Shown: positions 28,806-36,943 of the stretch, piece by piece
Layout of the letters: each line of letters opens with the position of its first letter
Numbering within the stretch: position 1 is the stretch's first letter
Source of the DNA: a virus
Length of the DNA: 64,000 nt
Reading direction: 5' to 3' (one strand)
Virus record (IMG/VR): IMGVR_UViG_3300037851_000865
Span: 93,232-157,231 of that record
Made by a program: the position numbers and the translations under genes
The notes under the pieces: model-generated
Told to the model about the DNA's origin: nothing
The model's input: the letters and a program-made list of their open reading frames with translations, nothing else
Databases searched by the model: none

Positions 28806-29930
28806 ATGATTGACGCCGTAGAAAACTGGGACGGCACCACTCGGTTGCCAAACCTGTACAGCAAGACTTCGAAGGGTGCCCGGAACATTTGGATGTGCTG
28901 GGTAGAGGGAGCATATGTTTGTGTCCGTTGGGGACAAGACGGTGGAGCTCTTCAGGATGCTCGCTTCAAGTGCGAGCCCAAGAACGTAGGGCGTGCGAAC
29001 GCCACTACAGCTGAGCAGCAAGCCGTTGAGGAGGCTCGCTCTAAGTGGAAGAAGCAAGTCAAGAAGAAATACCATTGGGACCCTTCCCACTGGGAGACCA
29101 ACACCAATCTGAAGCCTATGCTCGCTAAGGTGTGGGCAGACGAGAAGCACAAGATTGTCTACCCAGCCACGGTGCAGCCCAAGCTCGATGGTCTGCGATG
29201 CTTCGCATACCTGAAGGACGGAGAAGTGTTCCTTCAGTCTCGAGGCGGTGACCCGTATGTGGTGCATCACATCCAGCAGCAGCTCAAGCTGCTCCTACCT
29301 GAAGGCGTCATCTTTGACGGAGAGCTCTACAGTCATGGCACGAGTCTGCAGACCATCAACTCGTGGGTACGTAGGCCGCAAGAGGATTCGACTAACATCA
29401 CGTACGTGGTGTACGATTATGTACAACGCAGCGACATGGATTTGTTCTGGCCCTCGAGACTTGCTGCACTGAGTCTCAAGTTCTGGGAGAAGAACGTGAA
29501 TGCGACGCACATCTATCAGTGCCCGCACATGACCGTGGACCGAGAAGAAGAAATCAAACCCCTGCATGACGCATACGTGCAGCACGGGTACGAAGGCGCA
29601 ATCGTACGAAGCTACGACATGCCTTACCGGTTCGGATACCGCAGCTCTGGTCTCTTGAAGATGAAGGAGTTTCAAGACGACGAGTTCCGAATCGTCGGAT
29701 ACGAACGCGGCAAGGGCAAGTTCGAGAACGTACCCATCTTTCACTGCAAGACCAAAACAGGGCAGGTCTTTGGTGTGACGCCTCGGGGTACCGACCAGGA
29801 GCGTCTCAGAATGCTCAACGAGGCAGACACGTACCTCAACAAGGACTTGACGGTTCGCTTCTTCAATTACACGCCTGACGGGATACCTTTTCACCCTGTT
29901 GGTGTCGCTATTCGCGAGCCTGGCACATGA
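28806..29930 (+). CDS. ATP-dependent DNA ligase with a WGR-like N-terminus
   Basis: QPKLDGLR (KxDG), FDGELY, YEGAIVR, LLKMK, OB-fold C-terminus. Confidence 0.93.
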   Translation: MIDAVENWDGTTRLPNLYSKTSKGARNIWMCWVEGAYVCVRWGQDGGALQDARFKCEPKNVGRANATTAEQQAVEEARSKWKKQVKKKYHWDPSHWETNTNLKPMLAKVWADEKHKIVYPATVQPKLDGLRCFAYLKDGEVFLQSRGGDPYVVHHIQQQLKLLLPEGVIFDGELYSHGTSLQTINSWVRRPQEDSTNITYVVYDYVQRSDMDLFWPSRLAALSLKFWEKNVNATHIYQCPHMTVDREEEIKPLHDAYVQHGYEGAIVRSYDMPYRFGYRSSGLLKMKEFQDDEFRIVGYERGKGKFENVPIFHCKTKTGQVFGVTPRGTDQERLRMLNEADTYLNKDLTVRFFNYTPDGIPFHPVGVAIREPGT

Positions 29931-30157
29931 GTGAACCGCTAAAGCCCGGAGACACTATCGGGTCCCTCACAGTAGTGTCTGTGTTGGATACGGGTGATGT
30001 GGAGACCGTATGCAGCTGCGGCGCAGCTGTTATGAGAAAGATGGCTGTTCTTAGAGAGGCCAAGTCACGCCTGACGGACTCGGCATGCAAGGCATGCACA
30101 CGAAGGCGGCGTAAGCTGCGTAGCTCAGCCCTATTCGGTAAGAGGCCGAAAAAGTAA
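29927..30157 (+). CDS. small Cys-containing protein
   Basis: CSCG...CKAC. Confidence 0.6.
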   Translation: MSEPLKPGDTIGSLTVVSVLDTGDVETVCSCGAAVMRKMAVLREAKSRLTDSACKACTRRRRKLRSSALFGKRPKK

Positions 30158-30334
30158 ATGACGACAGAGGACAAGAGCTTTCGCTCAAATACAAAGCAGC
30201 ACGAGAGCAATAGAGCTATGGTGGACGCACTTCGAGAGGTACTCGGACTGTGTCCACTTTATTCTTCTGACAAACCCACCATCCCTTTCACACAGTATAT
30301 CGACGATGGCAATCGCCACGTTGGCCGCAATTAG
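30158..30334 (+). CDS. small hypothetical protein (58 aa, not in the ORF track)
   Basis: ATG directly after the previous stop; fills the gap. Confidence 0.5.
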   Translation: MTTEDKSFRSNTKQHESNRAMVDALREVLGLCPLYSSDKPTIPFTQYIDDGNRHVGRN

Positions 30335-30346
30335 GAGAACAGAAGC

Positions 30347-31222
30347 ATGAAAGACTTTACTGGAGTAACCATCGACACCAAGGCAATCGAGAGCTCAGAG
30401 GCAATCGCACTCTGGTCGGAGGCCAAGAAAGAGCAGTACTGCGAGCTCTTCGAGAAGCAGGTGAACGACGCACGCTTCATTCTGAACGTGGTGGGTAACC
30501 TCATCATTGAAAGAGCTGCTCGCAAGTACTTCATCCCGCGGAGCGACAACTACGCAAAGCAGCTGCGTGAAAAGGAAGTAGGATTCAAACGCTACTGCAA
30601 CACAGGTGTGCGCTCGGATGAAGAACTCCGGGTGATTGCCGAGCAGAAGGCTCAGGCCATTCTTGAAGAGCTACCCAGCAGCCGTGCTGCAGTTGCAGTC
30701 ATCGATAAAGAGACGGCAGACCTCATGCTCGAGAAAGAGAAGCTCGACGCGCAAGTCATAAAGCTGAGCAAGGAGTTTGACGAGATGGATGAAACCGTCT
30801 CGCTGTCCGAGGTACCGCAGACGTGGACTATCGCTCAGTTCCGCAGGCACATCACTGAGTTGACTGAGAAACGTGAGGCGCACATCAAGAAGCTGAAGGG
30901 CATCGTCGAACGCTGTCAGGAGCTCGATGGTCAAATCTCCAAAACACTCTACAAGGGCCTGCCCGGTCTGCGTGAGGCCGTAGAGAAGGTGGTGGTGGCT
31001 CACTTCGAGAAGTCCACACATCTGGGGACTGTCTGCCGCCGTATCTGCGAGCAGATTAAATTCGGCGACAGCAAGGAGGCTTTGTCTATTCTGCGCTCGT
31101 TCGAAGAGAACGAGGTGGCGGTGTCGGAGGATACCAGGAAAGAGTTTGTGGCCGCGCTCGAGAAGCTTGGGGCAACCAAGAAAGCCATCAAGGGAACAAC
31201 CAAGAAAGGCAAGAGCGTCTAA
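30347..31222 (+). CDS. coiled-coil hypothetical protein
   Basis: AGGAG RBS; 291 aa. Confidence 0.75.
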   Translation: MKDFTGVTIDTKAIESSEAIALWSEAKKEQYCELFEKQVNDARFILNVVGNLIIERAARKYFIPRSDNYAKQLREKEVGFKRYCNTGVRSDEELRVIAEQKAQAILEELPSSRAAVAVIDKETADLMLEKEKLDAQVIKLSKEFDEMDETVSLSEVPQTWTIAQFRRHITELTEKREAHIKKLKGIVERCQELDGQISKTLYKGLPGLREAVEKVVVAHFEKSTHLGTVCRRICEQIKFGDSKEALSILRSFEENEVAVSEDTRKEFVAALEKLGATKKAIKGTTKKGKSV

Positions 31223-31692
31223 TGGAGTACGATGCTCTTAAGTTTTTGGGAGGCAGCCTGCCTTGGATGGTAACTAGCTACATCAACGGCTGCTATGGGC
31301 GGGCCGGCGAAGAGAGGACCTACCCCGAACGCAGTCCAATACCTATGGAGTTGACACACGAGCAAGTAGTTCTCATGCGCATCAAAGGCAAAGTATCAGC
31401 GCCTCGGGTAGAGGCGGGGATAGACCACACTTTGTTCGACCGTGAGATAGTAAGGAGGTTCGCAGAAAAGTACGCACCGCCGCACAAGCTCAGCAAGTAC
31501 GCAGAAAGTTTGCAGAGGACACAAGGCCGCACGTACTACAATAACAACGATGGGCTTTACGAGGCCCTTCAGGAGCTCCGTACGCAACTTTCGTACGAGA
31601 TTAGTGTCGGGCTTCTGCCTGACTTTCTGACGACGACAACCTTCTTCGGAAACTTCACGTACCGCGCCGTCGTTGATGTAAAGTTCGATTAA
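31222..31692 (+). CDS. hypothetical protein
   Basis: TAATG coupling. Confidence 0.7.
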   Translation: MEYDALKFLGGSLPWMVTSYINGCYGRAGEERTYPERSPIPMELTHEQVVLMRIKGKVSAPRVEAGIDHTLFDREIVRRFAEKYAPPHKLSKYAESLQRTQGRTYYNNNDGLYEALQELRTQLSYEISVGLLPDFLTTTTFFGNFTYRAVVDVKFD

Positions 31693-31694
31693 GA

Positions 31695-31748
31695 GCTAGA
31701 GAAAGGGTGCGGGGGCGCACAGAGCACTTGCGTGCCTCTTTCTCTAGC
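31695..31748. terminator. bidirectional terminator
   Basis: GCTAGAGAAAG...CTTTCTCTAGC between convergent genes. Confidence 0.75.
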
Positions 31749-31749
31749 C

Positions 31750-32178
31750 TCAATTCGCCAAGCGCTTACCGCGCTTGGCTGCGCCGCGGCTGGGCGCAGG
31801 CTGCCGATGGGTTGGCTGCCGTTTTTCCTTTTTCTGGTCTCGAGCCGACTGGGTCGGGTGCGTAGGGTGCTGGGGATGAGAAGGATGAGCTGGGTGAGCC
31901 TTCTTGCCGCACACCAAACGTTCCTTGTGCACCACAGCCTTGCGACGCTCTGTGTGCATCCTGTCGGTCCTACGCTGGGTAGCCCGGCGCTCAACATGCA
32001 CCGTACGGTGCTCAACACGCTGCACCTGAGGGCGCTCTACGTACTCGTAGCGCACCTCAGCCTGCGGTGCCGAACACGTACCACAGGAAGCTCCATCGAA
32101 GGAGCTGCTCGGATATGTACGCACCGTACAACCGCTCATGAGGAGCAGCGAAGTAATCAAAAGAAGAAGCTTATTCAT
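31750..32178 (-). CDS. lipoprotein with His-Pro repeats
   Basis: Signal peptide and lipobox-like LMSG/C; AHPAHPSHPQHPTHP. Confidence 0.7.
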   Translation of the reverse strand: MNKLLLLITSLLLMSGCTVRTYPSSSFDGASCGTCSAPQAEVRYEYVERPQVQRVEHRTVHVERRATQRRTDRMHTERRKAVVHKERLVCGKKAHPAHPSHPQHPTHPTQSARDQKKEKRQPTHRQPAPSRGAAKRGKRLAN

Positions 32179-32450
32179 CCTGTTCTCCGTTTCTGCTCCC
32201 TGAGGAGCTCTGATTGGCGACTCAGAAGGAACTGGTCCTTCTTGTGTCGCGAGTTGTTGAGTTTGGCGTCAATGAGACGCACTGCCTGGTGAATCTGAGC
32301 CGCAGTAAGGTACCGCACCTCAGTGTTGAGAATCAGTTCTCGGTCCATACTACGTACGTTCCATAGATGCAGAACAAAGCAAAGAACGCTTTGGTGATTG
32401 TGGTTGTTTGGTATGCGTCGTAGCAGACGACAGCAGTACCTAGGGTCCAT
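32175..32450 (-). CDS. hypothetical protein
   Basis: ATGA coupling. Confidence 0.5.
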   Translation of the reverse strand: MDPRYCCRLLRRIPNNHNHQSVLCFVLHLWNVRSMDRELILNTEVRYLTAAQIHQAVRLIDAKLNNSRHKKDQFLLSRQSELLREQKRRTG

Positions 32451-32465
32451 CCGATGTTGATAAGC

Positions 32466-32564
32466 CTACGAGCCACTATGCTTCCTTTCTATGAGGACGA
32501 TAAGCCCCATGATTGCGAAAGGCATCACGAACAGTACGGCCGTGATGATGTCGATTGTTTCCAT
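32466..32564 (-). CDS. 32-aa single-TM microprotein
   Basis: METIDIITAVLFVMPFAIMGLIVLIERKHSGS directly behind promoter 32573-32599. Confidence 0.5.
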   Translation of the reverse strand: METIDIITAVLFVMPFAIMGLIVLIERKHSGS

Positions 32565-32619
32565 CAGTATTCTTATGCCCGAATTTGTTTCGGGTTTGAC
32601 GAAGAACAAAGATGCTCGA

Positions 32620-33294
32620 CTAGCGTATCAGCAACAAGCCGCCAGCCCACGCATCGTAGCTCACAACACACTCAACAGCACTGCTCGCAAAGGGGCCTGC
32701 GACTATCGACTTATTCCAGTCGGACATTTCATTGACGCTTCCGCCAAATGCCCTTGAGGATAAGTCACCTATCGAAGACGCAGCTCCCACCCAAGAGGAA
32801 CTGAAGGCGTGTAAGAAGCCATCAGAAGGCGCAGTGCCTCCTGCGAATGTGAAGTTAGCTTGACTCAGATTAGGAGAGCCGCCTGCATCCACCAGCGATA
32901 CATCTTGCACGTTTCTGTAGCAGCTAAGCACCATTCCGTAATAGTCGGACGGCGCCCCCAGGACAGCTGCTGTAAAGGAGGATGGTACCGGCCACGCGAC
33001 TTCTGTCTCCCAGATTTCTGTAACAATCTTAAAGTCGGAAGAAGCGTTGTTCACCCGAGTGATAAGGGACCAGCCATTACCCTGCTCTATTGTCGATGTG
33101 GCTGTCAGGTCTGTGTACATGGTCACCATGGCCAACAGCCTGTCTCCTGCCTGTACGTCTGTCGGCGCTGGGCACGGGTAGTAGCTTACCGAAGATGCCG
33201 ACGAGACATACTCCACAGACAAGGGTGGGGGTGGCGGAGGCGGCGCGCCGTTCCTCCTAGAGGCTAGCGGTCCGACGTAGCGAAGAGGGAGCAT
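32620..33294 (-). CDS. putative tail fibre / receptor-binding domain protein
   Basis: PAPTDVQAGDRLLAMV, GWSLI: beta-rich motif common in phage tail proteins. Confidence 0.55.
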   Translation of the reverse strand: MLPLRYVGPLASRRNGAPPPPPPPLSVEYVSSASSVSYYPCPAPTDVQAGDRLLAMVTMYTDLTATSTIEQGNGWSLITRVNNASSDFKIVTEIWETEVAWPVPSSFTAAVLGAPSDYYGMVLSCYRNVQDVSLVDAGGSPNLSQANFTFAGGTAPSDGFLHAFSSSWVGAASSIGDLSSRAFGGSVNEMSDWNKSIVAGPFASSAVECVVSYDAWAGGLLLIR

Positions 33295-33719
33295 TATGCT
33301 GTCTCCAGGTCGCCAGACACGAGCCACACGTTGGCGCCCGTACGTACTCGACGCAGCATGATGACGCTGCCTGTACCTGCCGACACGAGTGTTCTTCCTG
33401 GCGGGGTAATCAGTGTGACAGTGTTGTCTTCAGGCACTAGCGTGAGCGTTCCCGTTCCAAGCTGTGCGCACAAAAGTAGCGCATCGGGGCCAAACACGTT
33501 CTTTGGGACTACAGCCTGAGAGGCGGTAGATGCCGTGAAGTCGACGAATACTCCTTGGTCCGCAGGTACAAGTACGCGAATACCTTCTGGGCACAGTCGC
33601 GAAGGAGCTGTTCGCAGGGCATCGTCGATGCCTTCTAAGAAACCCTCTAACGTACCGTCTGAGGGTTGAAAGCCGCGGGGGCGGCGTAAGGGTCTGATGA
33701 ACCTAGTCTGTACGCGCAT
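33294..33719 (-). CDS. putative tail-fibre-associated protein
   Basis: QLGTGTLTLV...NVWLVSGDL tail motif. Confidence 0.6.
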   Translation of the reverse strand: MRVQTRFIRPLRRPRGFQPSDGTLEGFLEGIDDALRTAPSRLCPEGIRVLVPADQGVFVDFTASTASQAVVPKNVFGPDALLLCAQLGTGTLTLVPEDNTVTLITPPGRTLVSAGTGSVIMLRRVRTGANVWLVSGDLETA

Positions 33720-33807
33720 GTGCTACTTCCCTTCTTTTCAGGTCGATAGGCCAATGATACTACGCCTAAGACAGCAAGCAGCAGCGACACACGGCTGTGT
33801 CTACTTG

Positions 33808-33839
33808 GCTAAAAAAGAAAGGGCCCGAAGGCCCTTCCT
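33808..33839 (-). terminator. intrinsic terminator ending TTTTTTAGC
   Basis: GGGCC-TTCG-GGCCC hairpin plus U tract. Confidence 0.8.
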
Positions 33840-34156
33840 CACCACTCCTTGAGGGGCATCGCTTCAACGATAGGCCCATCTCCATCGAACTTGATGGCGT
33901 CGAAGTGCTCCTCGTGATTTGCCGCCCAGGAGTAGAACTCACGGAACATCGGAGATAGTTCTGACAGGTCTGGTACTTCATCTCTATCGATACGCACACA
34001 TGCCCAGTGCGGAGAAGCGTCGACCACCAACGGTGCGTTGATTCTGTCAGAGGCCCATCGATGCAAGAAGGCAGTATCCAGCTCAGTGATGTGCTGCACG
34101 TTGACCACTAGGGTCTTTTCGATTTCGAGTTTCATGACTTCTTTTTCTTTGCCCAT
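33839..34156 (-). CDS. hypothetical protein
   Basis: C-terminal IKFDGDGPIVEAMP..W motif. Confidence 0.6.
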   Translation of the reverse strand: MGKEKEVMKLEIEKTLVVNVQHITELDTAFLHRWASDRINAPLVVDASPHWACVRIDRDEVPDLSELSPMFREFYSWAANHEEHFDAIKFDGDGPIVEAMPLKEW

Positions 34157-34166
34157 GCTGCTCTTC

Positions 34167-34457
34167 TCAGAAAGGAATGTCACTGTCGTCTCTGGCGTCC
34201 TGTTCGGCCCCTGGCGGTATGTCACCGTTTACGTCAGTCGAGTATCTGCGAGGCTGATACGTATCGCCGTACTCATTGTTACGCGACACATTGAAGTAGT
34301 AGCGGTCTTGGTCTGCAGCGCTGAGGTGTACGCCTGGCGAGAGCTTGAGGCTGAACCAGCCTCCTTCGTCCCACAAAGAACCTGCGTACGTTTTGTTCTT
34401 GGTGTTGAGCTTGTCCACAATCACCAGTCGGTGCGTGGGCTTCTTATCCTGTGCCAT
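34167..34457 (-). CDS. small SSB-like protein
   Basis: Beta-rich core and acidic C-terminal DDSDIPF tip. Confidence 0.5.
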   Translation of the reverse strand: MAQDKKPTHRLVIVDKLNTKNKTYAGSLWDEGGWFSLKLSPGVHLSAADQDRYYFNVSRNNEYGDTYQPRRYSTDVNGDIPPGAEQDARDDSDIPF

Positions 34458-34641
34458 CTTCTTCCTTTCTTAGTTGTCGAAACTGCTCGACTGCCTCGTC
34501 GGCAATCTTGGCGGCCTGCTTGGCCACTCGATACTTGTCCAGGCGCTCTGCGTACTTGATGGAGTGCGCGAGGATGGCTGTGTAGGCACTGCCGTAAGCG
34601 GCATCCCAGATTGGCTGGAGCATAGCGTTGTTGGGACGCAT
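34444..34641 (-). CDS. hypothetical protein
   Basis: Coupled ORF. Confidence 0.6.
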   Translation of the reverse strand: MRPNNAMLQPIWDAAYGSAYTAILAHSIKYAERLDKYRVAKQAAKIADEAVEQFRQLRKEEDGTG

Positions 34642-35084
34642 CAGAAGGTCGACCTTTCGACGAAGTGAACTCGGCCACCTGCTTCGCCAATGAGAAGGCG
34701 AGCCAAACGAGCATCTTCAGCCCAGCGCTCTGGTACTTCTTCTCTGGTGTAGACGTCCTCGATGCCGGCCTGAACGATAAGCCTGGCGCAGCGAGCGCAC
34801 GGATGCAGGGTGGCATACATGGCAGCTCCTCTGATGCTGATGCCCGTGAAGGCAGCCTGCACGATGGCGTTCTCCTCAGCGTGGCAGATGATGGGGTACT
34901 TCTGCTCCCTGTCATCCAGGCGAGCATCATCCCGCACACCTCGAGGGAATCCGTTGTAGCCGGTGGTGAGTATCTGCCGGCTGTCATTGACGACCACGCA
35001 CCCCACTTTGGTGCTTGGGTCTTTGCTCCACTGGGCGATGAGCTCCGCCATGCCCATGAAGCGGTTGTTCCAGACTTGGTTCAT
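34641..35084 (-). CDS. dCMP deaminase
   Basis: SKDPSTKVG, GYNGFPRG, HAEENA, PCARC. Confidence 0.93.
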   Translation of the reverse strand: MNQVWNNRFMGMAELIAQWSKDPSTKVGCVVVNDSRQILTTGYNGFPRGVRDDARLDDREQKYPIICHAEENAIVQAAFTGISIRGAAMYATLHPCARCARLIVQAGIEDVYTREEVPERWAEDARLARLLIGEAGGRVHFVERSTF

Positions 35085-35102
35085 GTGTCTCCTCCAGCTC
35101 TA

Positions 35103-35139
35103 TTATCCCATGCTGCAGTCTGTTGTTGCATGCTAGGCT
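35103..35139. promoter_or_regulatory. divergent promoters: GCAA-N16-GGGATAA (-) and TGC-TAGGCT (+)
   Basis: Motif matches facing 35084 and 35146. Confidence 0.7.
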
Positions 35140-35145
35140 CCTTGC

Positions 35146-35421
35146 ATGGAGGGAATAGAGACGTGGGTGGAGGCGCTGTTCTACAGCCCAGAAGAGCACG
35201 ACTACCTTTGGCCTGCCCACTCGCTTGAGTGGCTGCTCCTCGAGGATGCTCTTTCTGCCGTGCTGGACCAGCAAGCTCGTAGCTTTCGTGGCGGGCTCTA
35301 CATGCCTCGTTGTGGCTGCCCTGCCTGCAACCCAAGGATGGGGCCCTACAACCCTGCTGACATTGGAGAGTGCTTGTACTGGCCCGTCAGGTACAAGACA
35401 GAAGAGGGTACAAGAGAGTGA
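35146..35421 (+). CDS. hypothetical protein
   Basis: Leaderless start. Confidence 0.55.
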   Translation: MEGIETWVEALFYSPEEHDYLWPAHSLEWLLLEDALSAVLDQQARSFRGGLYMPRCGCPACNPRMGPYNPADIGECLYWPVRYKTEEGTRE

Positions 35422-35672
35422 CGCGCCAATCGCGTCAGAAAGAGTACCTCATGGGAATGAACGTAGACCTCACGCACATGCTCAACCTGCCAACAGAACT
35501 ACCGTGCCCACGTTGCCACGAGAAAGTTGATACAACGTTCGACGACTACGACATCGAGTGTGGGAAACCCAACCCCTCCCCAGGTAACTGGGAGCTCCGC
35601 GTGTGGTGCGAGCATTGTGATTTCGAATGGAAGTACCGCTTCAGTGTGACGAGGGAGTCGTTCAAGGGCTAA
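35418..35672 (+). CDS. zinc-ribbon protein
   Basis: CPRC...CEHC. Confidence 0.65.
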   Translation: MTRQSRQKEYLMGMNVDLTHMLNLPTELPCPRCHEKVDTTFDDYDIECGKPNPSPGNWELRVWCEHCDFEWKYRFSVTRESFKG

Positions 35673-35697
35673 AGAAAAACTCCCGAAGGAGTTCTTC

Positions 35698-35958
35698 TCA
35701 GAAGCAGGTATCGCAGCTGCAGTGAGACTTGGTCCCGCCGCTCGCAATACTTCCGCTCTGGCAGCGAGGTGACCCGTTGTGTGATGGGCCTTCTCCCTGC
35801 TTGGCATAGCGGGCACAAGTCAAACAGGGCGTGGGGGACTTGAACGAGAACTCGGCGCAGTACCGCTCGAGCAGTTCCTCCAGCTCTTCCTCAAATGCTT
35901 CCTTGTTCTTGTCGGCCGCAAACTCAATGGTCAACTTGTATTCAAAGACGTCAGCCAT
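35698..35958 (-). CDS. Cys/His-rich protein
   Basis: CLTC..H..C..HCSCDTCF; own promoter (35999-36025) and terminator (35668-35699). Confidence 0.7.
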   Translation of the reverse strand: MADVFEYKLTIEFAADKNKEAFEEELEELLERYCAEFSFKSPTPCLTCARYAKQGEGPSHNGSPRCQSGSIASGGTKSHCSCDTCF

Positions 35959-36042
35959 GCTTGTTCTCCAACCGAGATGGTTGGTCCTTTCATGCTTCTT
36001 ATCCCGTTTTTCCAACACCTCTTGCGTGGTAGAATGCCCGGC

Positions 36043-36342
36043 ATGGACAAAACACAGGAATGGCTCGACTACCTGAACGCTCTGCTGCGCTACCCAGAGA
36101 TGCCGGGTGTGCTCAACAGCCTGATTGATAAGCGGGTACTTGTCTCCGAAGAGCTCGCCGACTCGAGTACCCCCATTGTCGTCGTAGACGCAGAGGACGG
36201 GTCGCCGTACTTTGGGGCGCTTGGGCTCATCAACGGCTTCCTGGACTACGAGGGGCAGCCCCGCATCATGGCTCACATCGATGCGGCGACGGGCACAGTC
36301 CTCCACTTCTCGGTCGCAGTGCTCTCTGAGGAGGGCCCGTGA
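36043..36342 (+). CDS. hypothetical protein (leaderless)
   Basis: TGG-TAGAAT-N7-ATG. Confidence 0.7.
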   Translation: MDKTQEWLDYLNALLRYPEMPGVLNSLIDKRVLVSEELADSSTPIVVVDAEDGSPYFGALGLINGFLDYEGQPRIMAHIDAATGTVLHFSVAVLSEEGP

Positions 36343-36689
36343 GCGTCCGAGCCACCGCCAGAGCGGCTGTCTACCAGAAAGCCGACGAGCTCGACGTGAG
36401 GGCCAACCAGCTGGCCATCATGAGGAGCCTGGAGGCCAGCCAGGCAGCCCACTGGCTACGAGAGGTAGCACAACTGCTAAGGCGAACCGCCGACAACGAA
36501 GGCGCCAAGCACCTGATGGATACCTTCGACGAAGTAAAGCGCAGCGTGAGTGAGTTCACCCGCCTTGCCCTAGAGATGGACCGGGACGATGATGCCCCCG
36601 ACACAGAAAGGAAGAACAGTGACAAAGAAAACGACCACCAAGAAGACCGCCGAGACCACAACCCCCGCGACCCCCGCCAAGAAGATTGA
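36339..36689 (+). CDS. hypothetical protein
   Basis: GGAGG RBS, GTGA coupling. Confidence 0.6.
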   Translation: MSVRATARAAVYQKADELDVRANQLAIMRSLEASQAAHWLREVAQLLRRTADNEGAKHLMDTFDEVKRSVSEFTRLALEMDRDDDAPDTERKNSDKENDHQEDRRDHNPRDPRQED

Positions 36690-36914
36690 GGCGCCCAAGA
36701 CGCGCGATGAGATAAAGCAGGACGTCCTCCATAAGCGCTTCCGCCCGCCGGTGAATAAGTGAGCCGCGCGGACGCTCCCAAAGAAGATACCCCCACTCAG
36801 TGCTCCAGTACCTATTGTGGGTACAGGTGCAAGTACGAGGAGGGGCATGATGGTGCCCACGTCAGGAGGCCCATGAAGGGTATTGTTGCGTGTGGGCCGA
36901 CCCAGTGTTCGTAG
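36619..36914 (+). CDS. two coupled microproteins (36619-36762 Lys/Thr-rich; 36759-36914 Cys/His-rich)
   Basis: Read manually; AGGA RBS and GTGA overlap. Confidence 0.45.
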
Positions 36915-36943
36915 GCGAGATGCCCCTCCAGGAGAGATGAAAG

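Noticed and set aside
34444-34470. Additional GGATAAGAA promoter-like hit
   Set aside because: It lies inside coding sequence and lacks GCAA at the 16-nt spacing.
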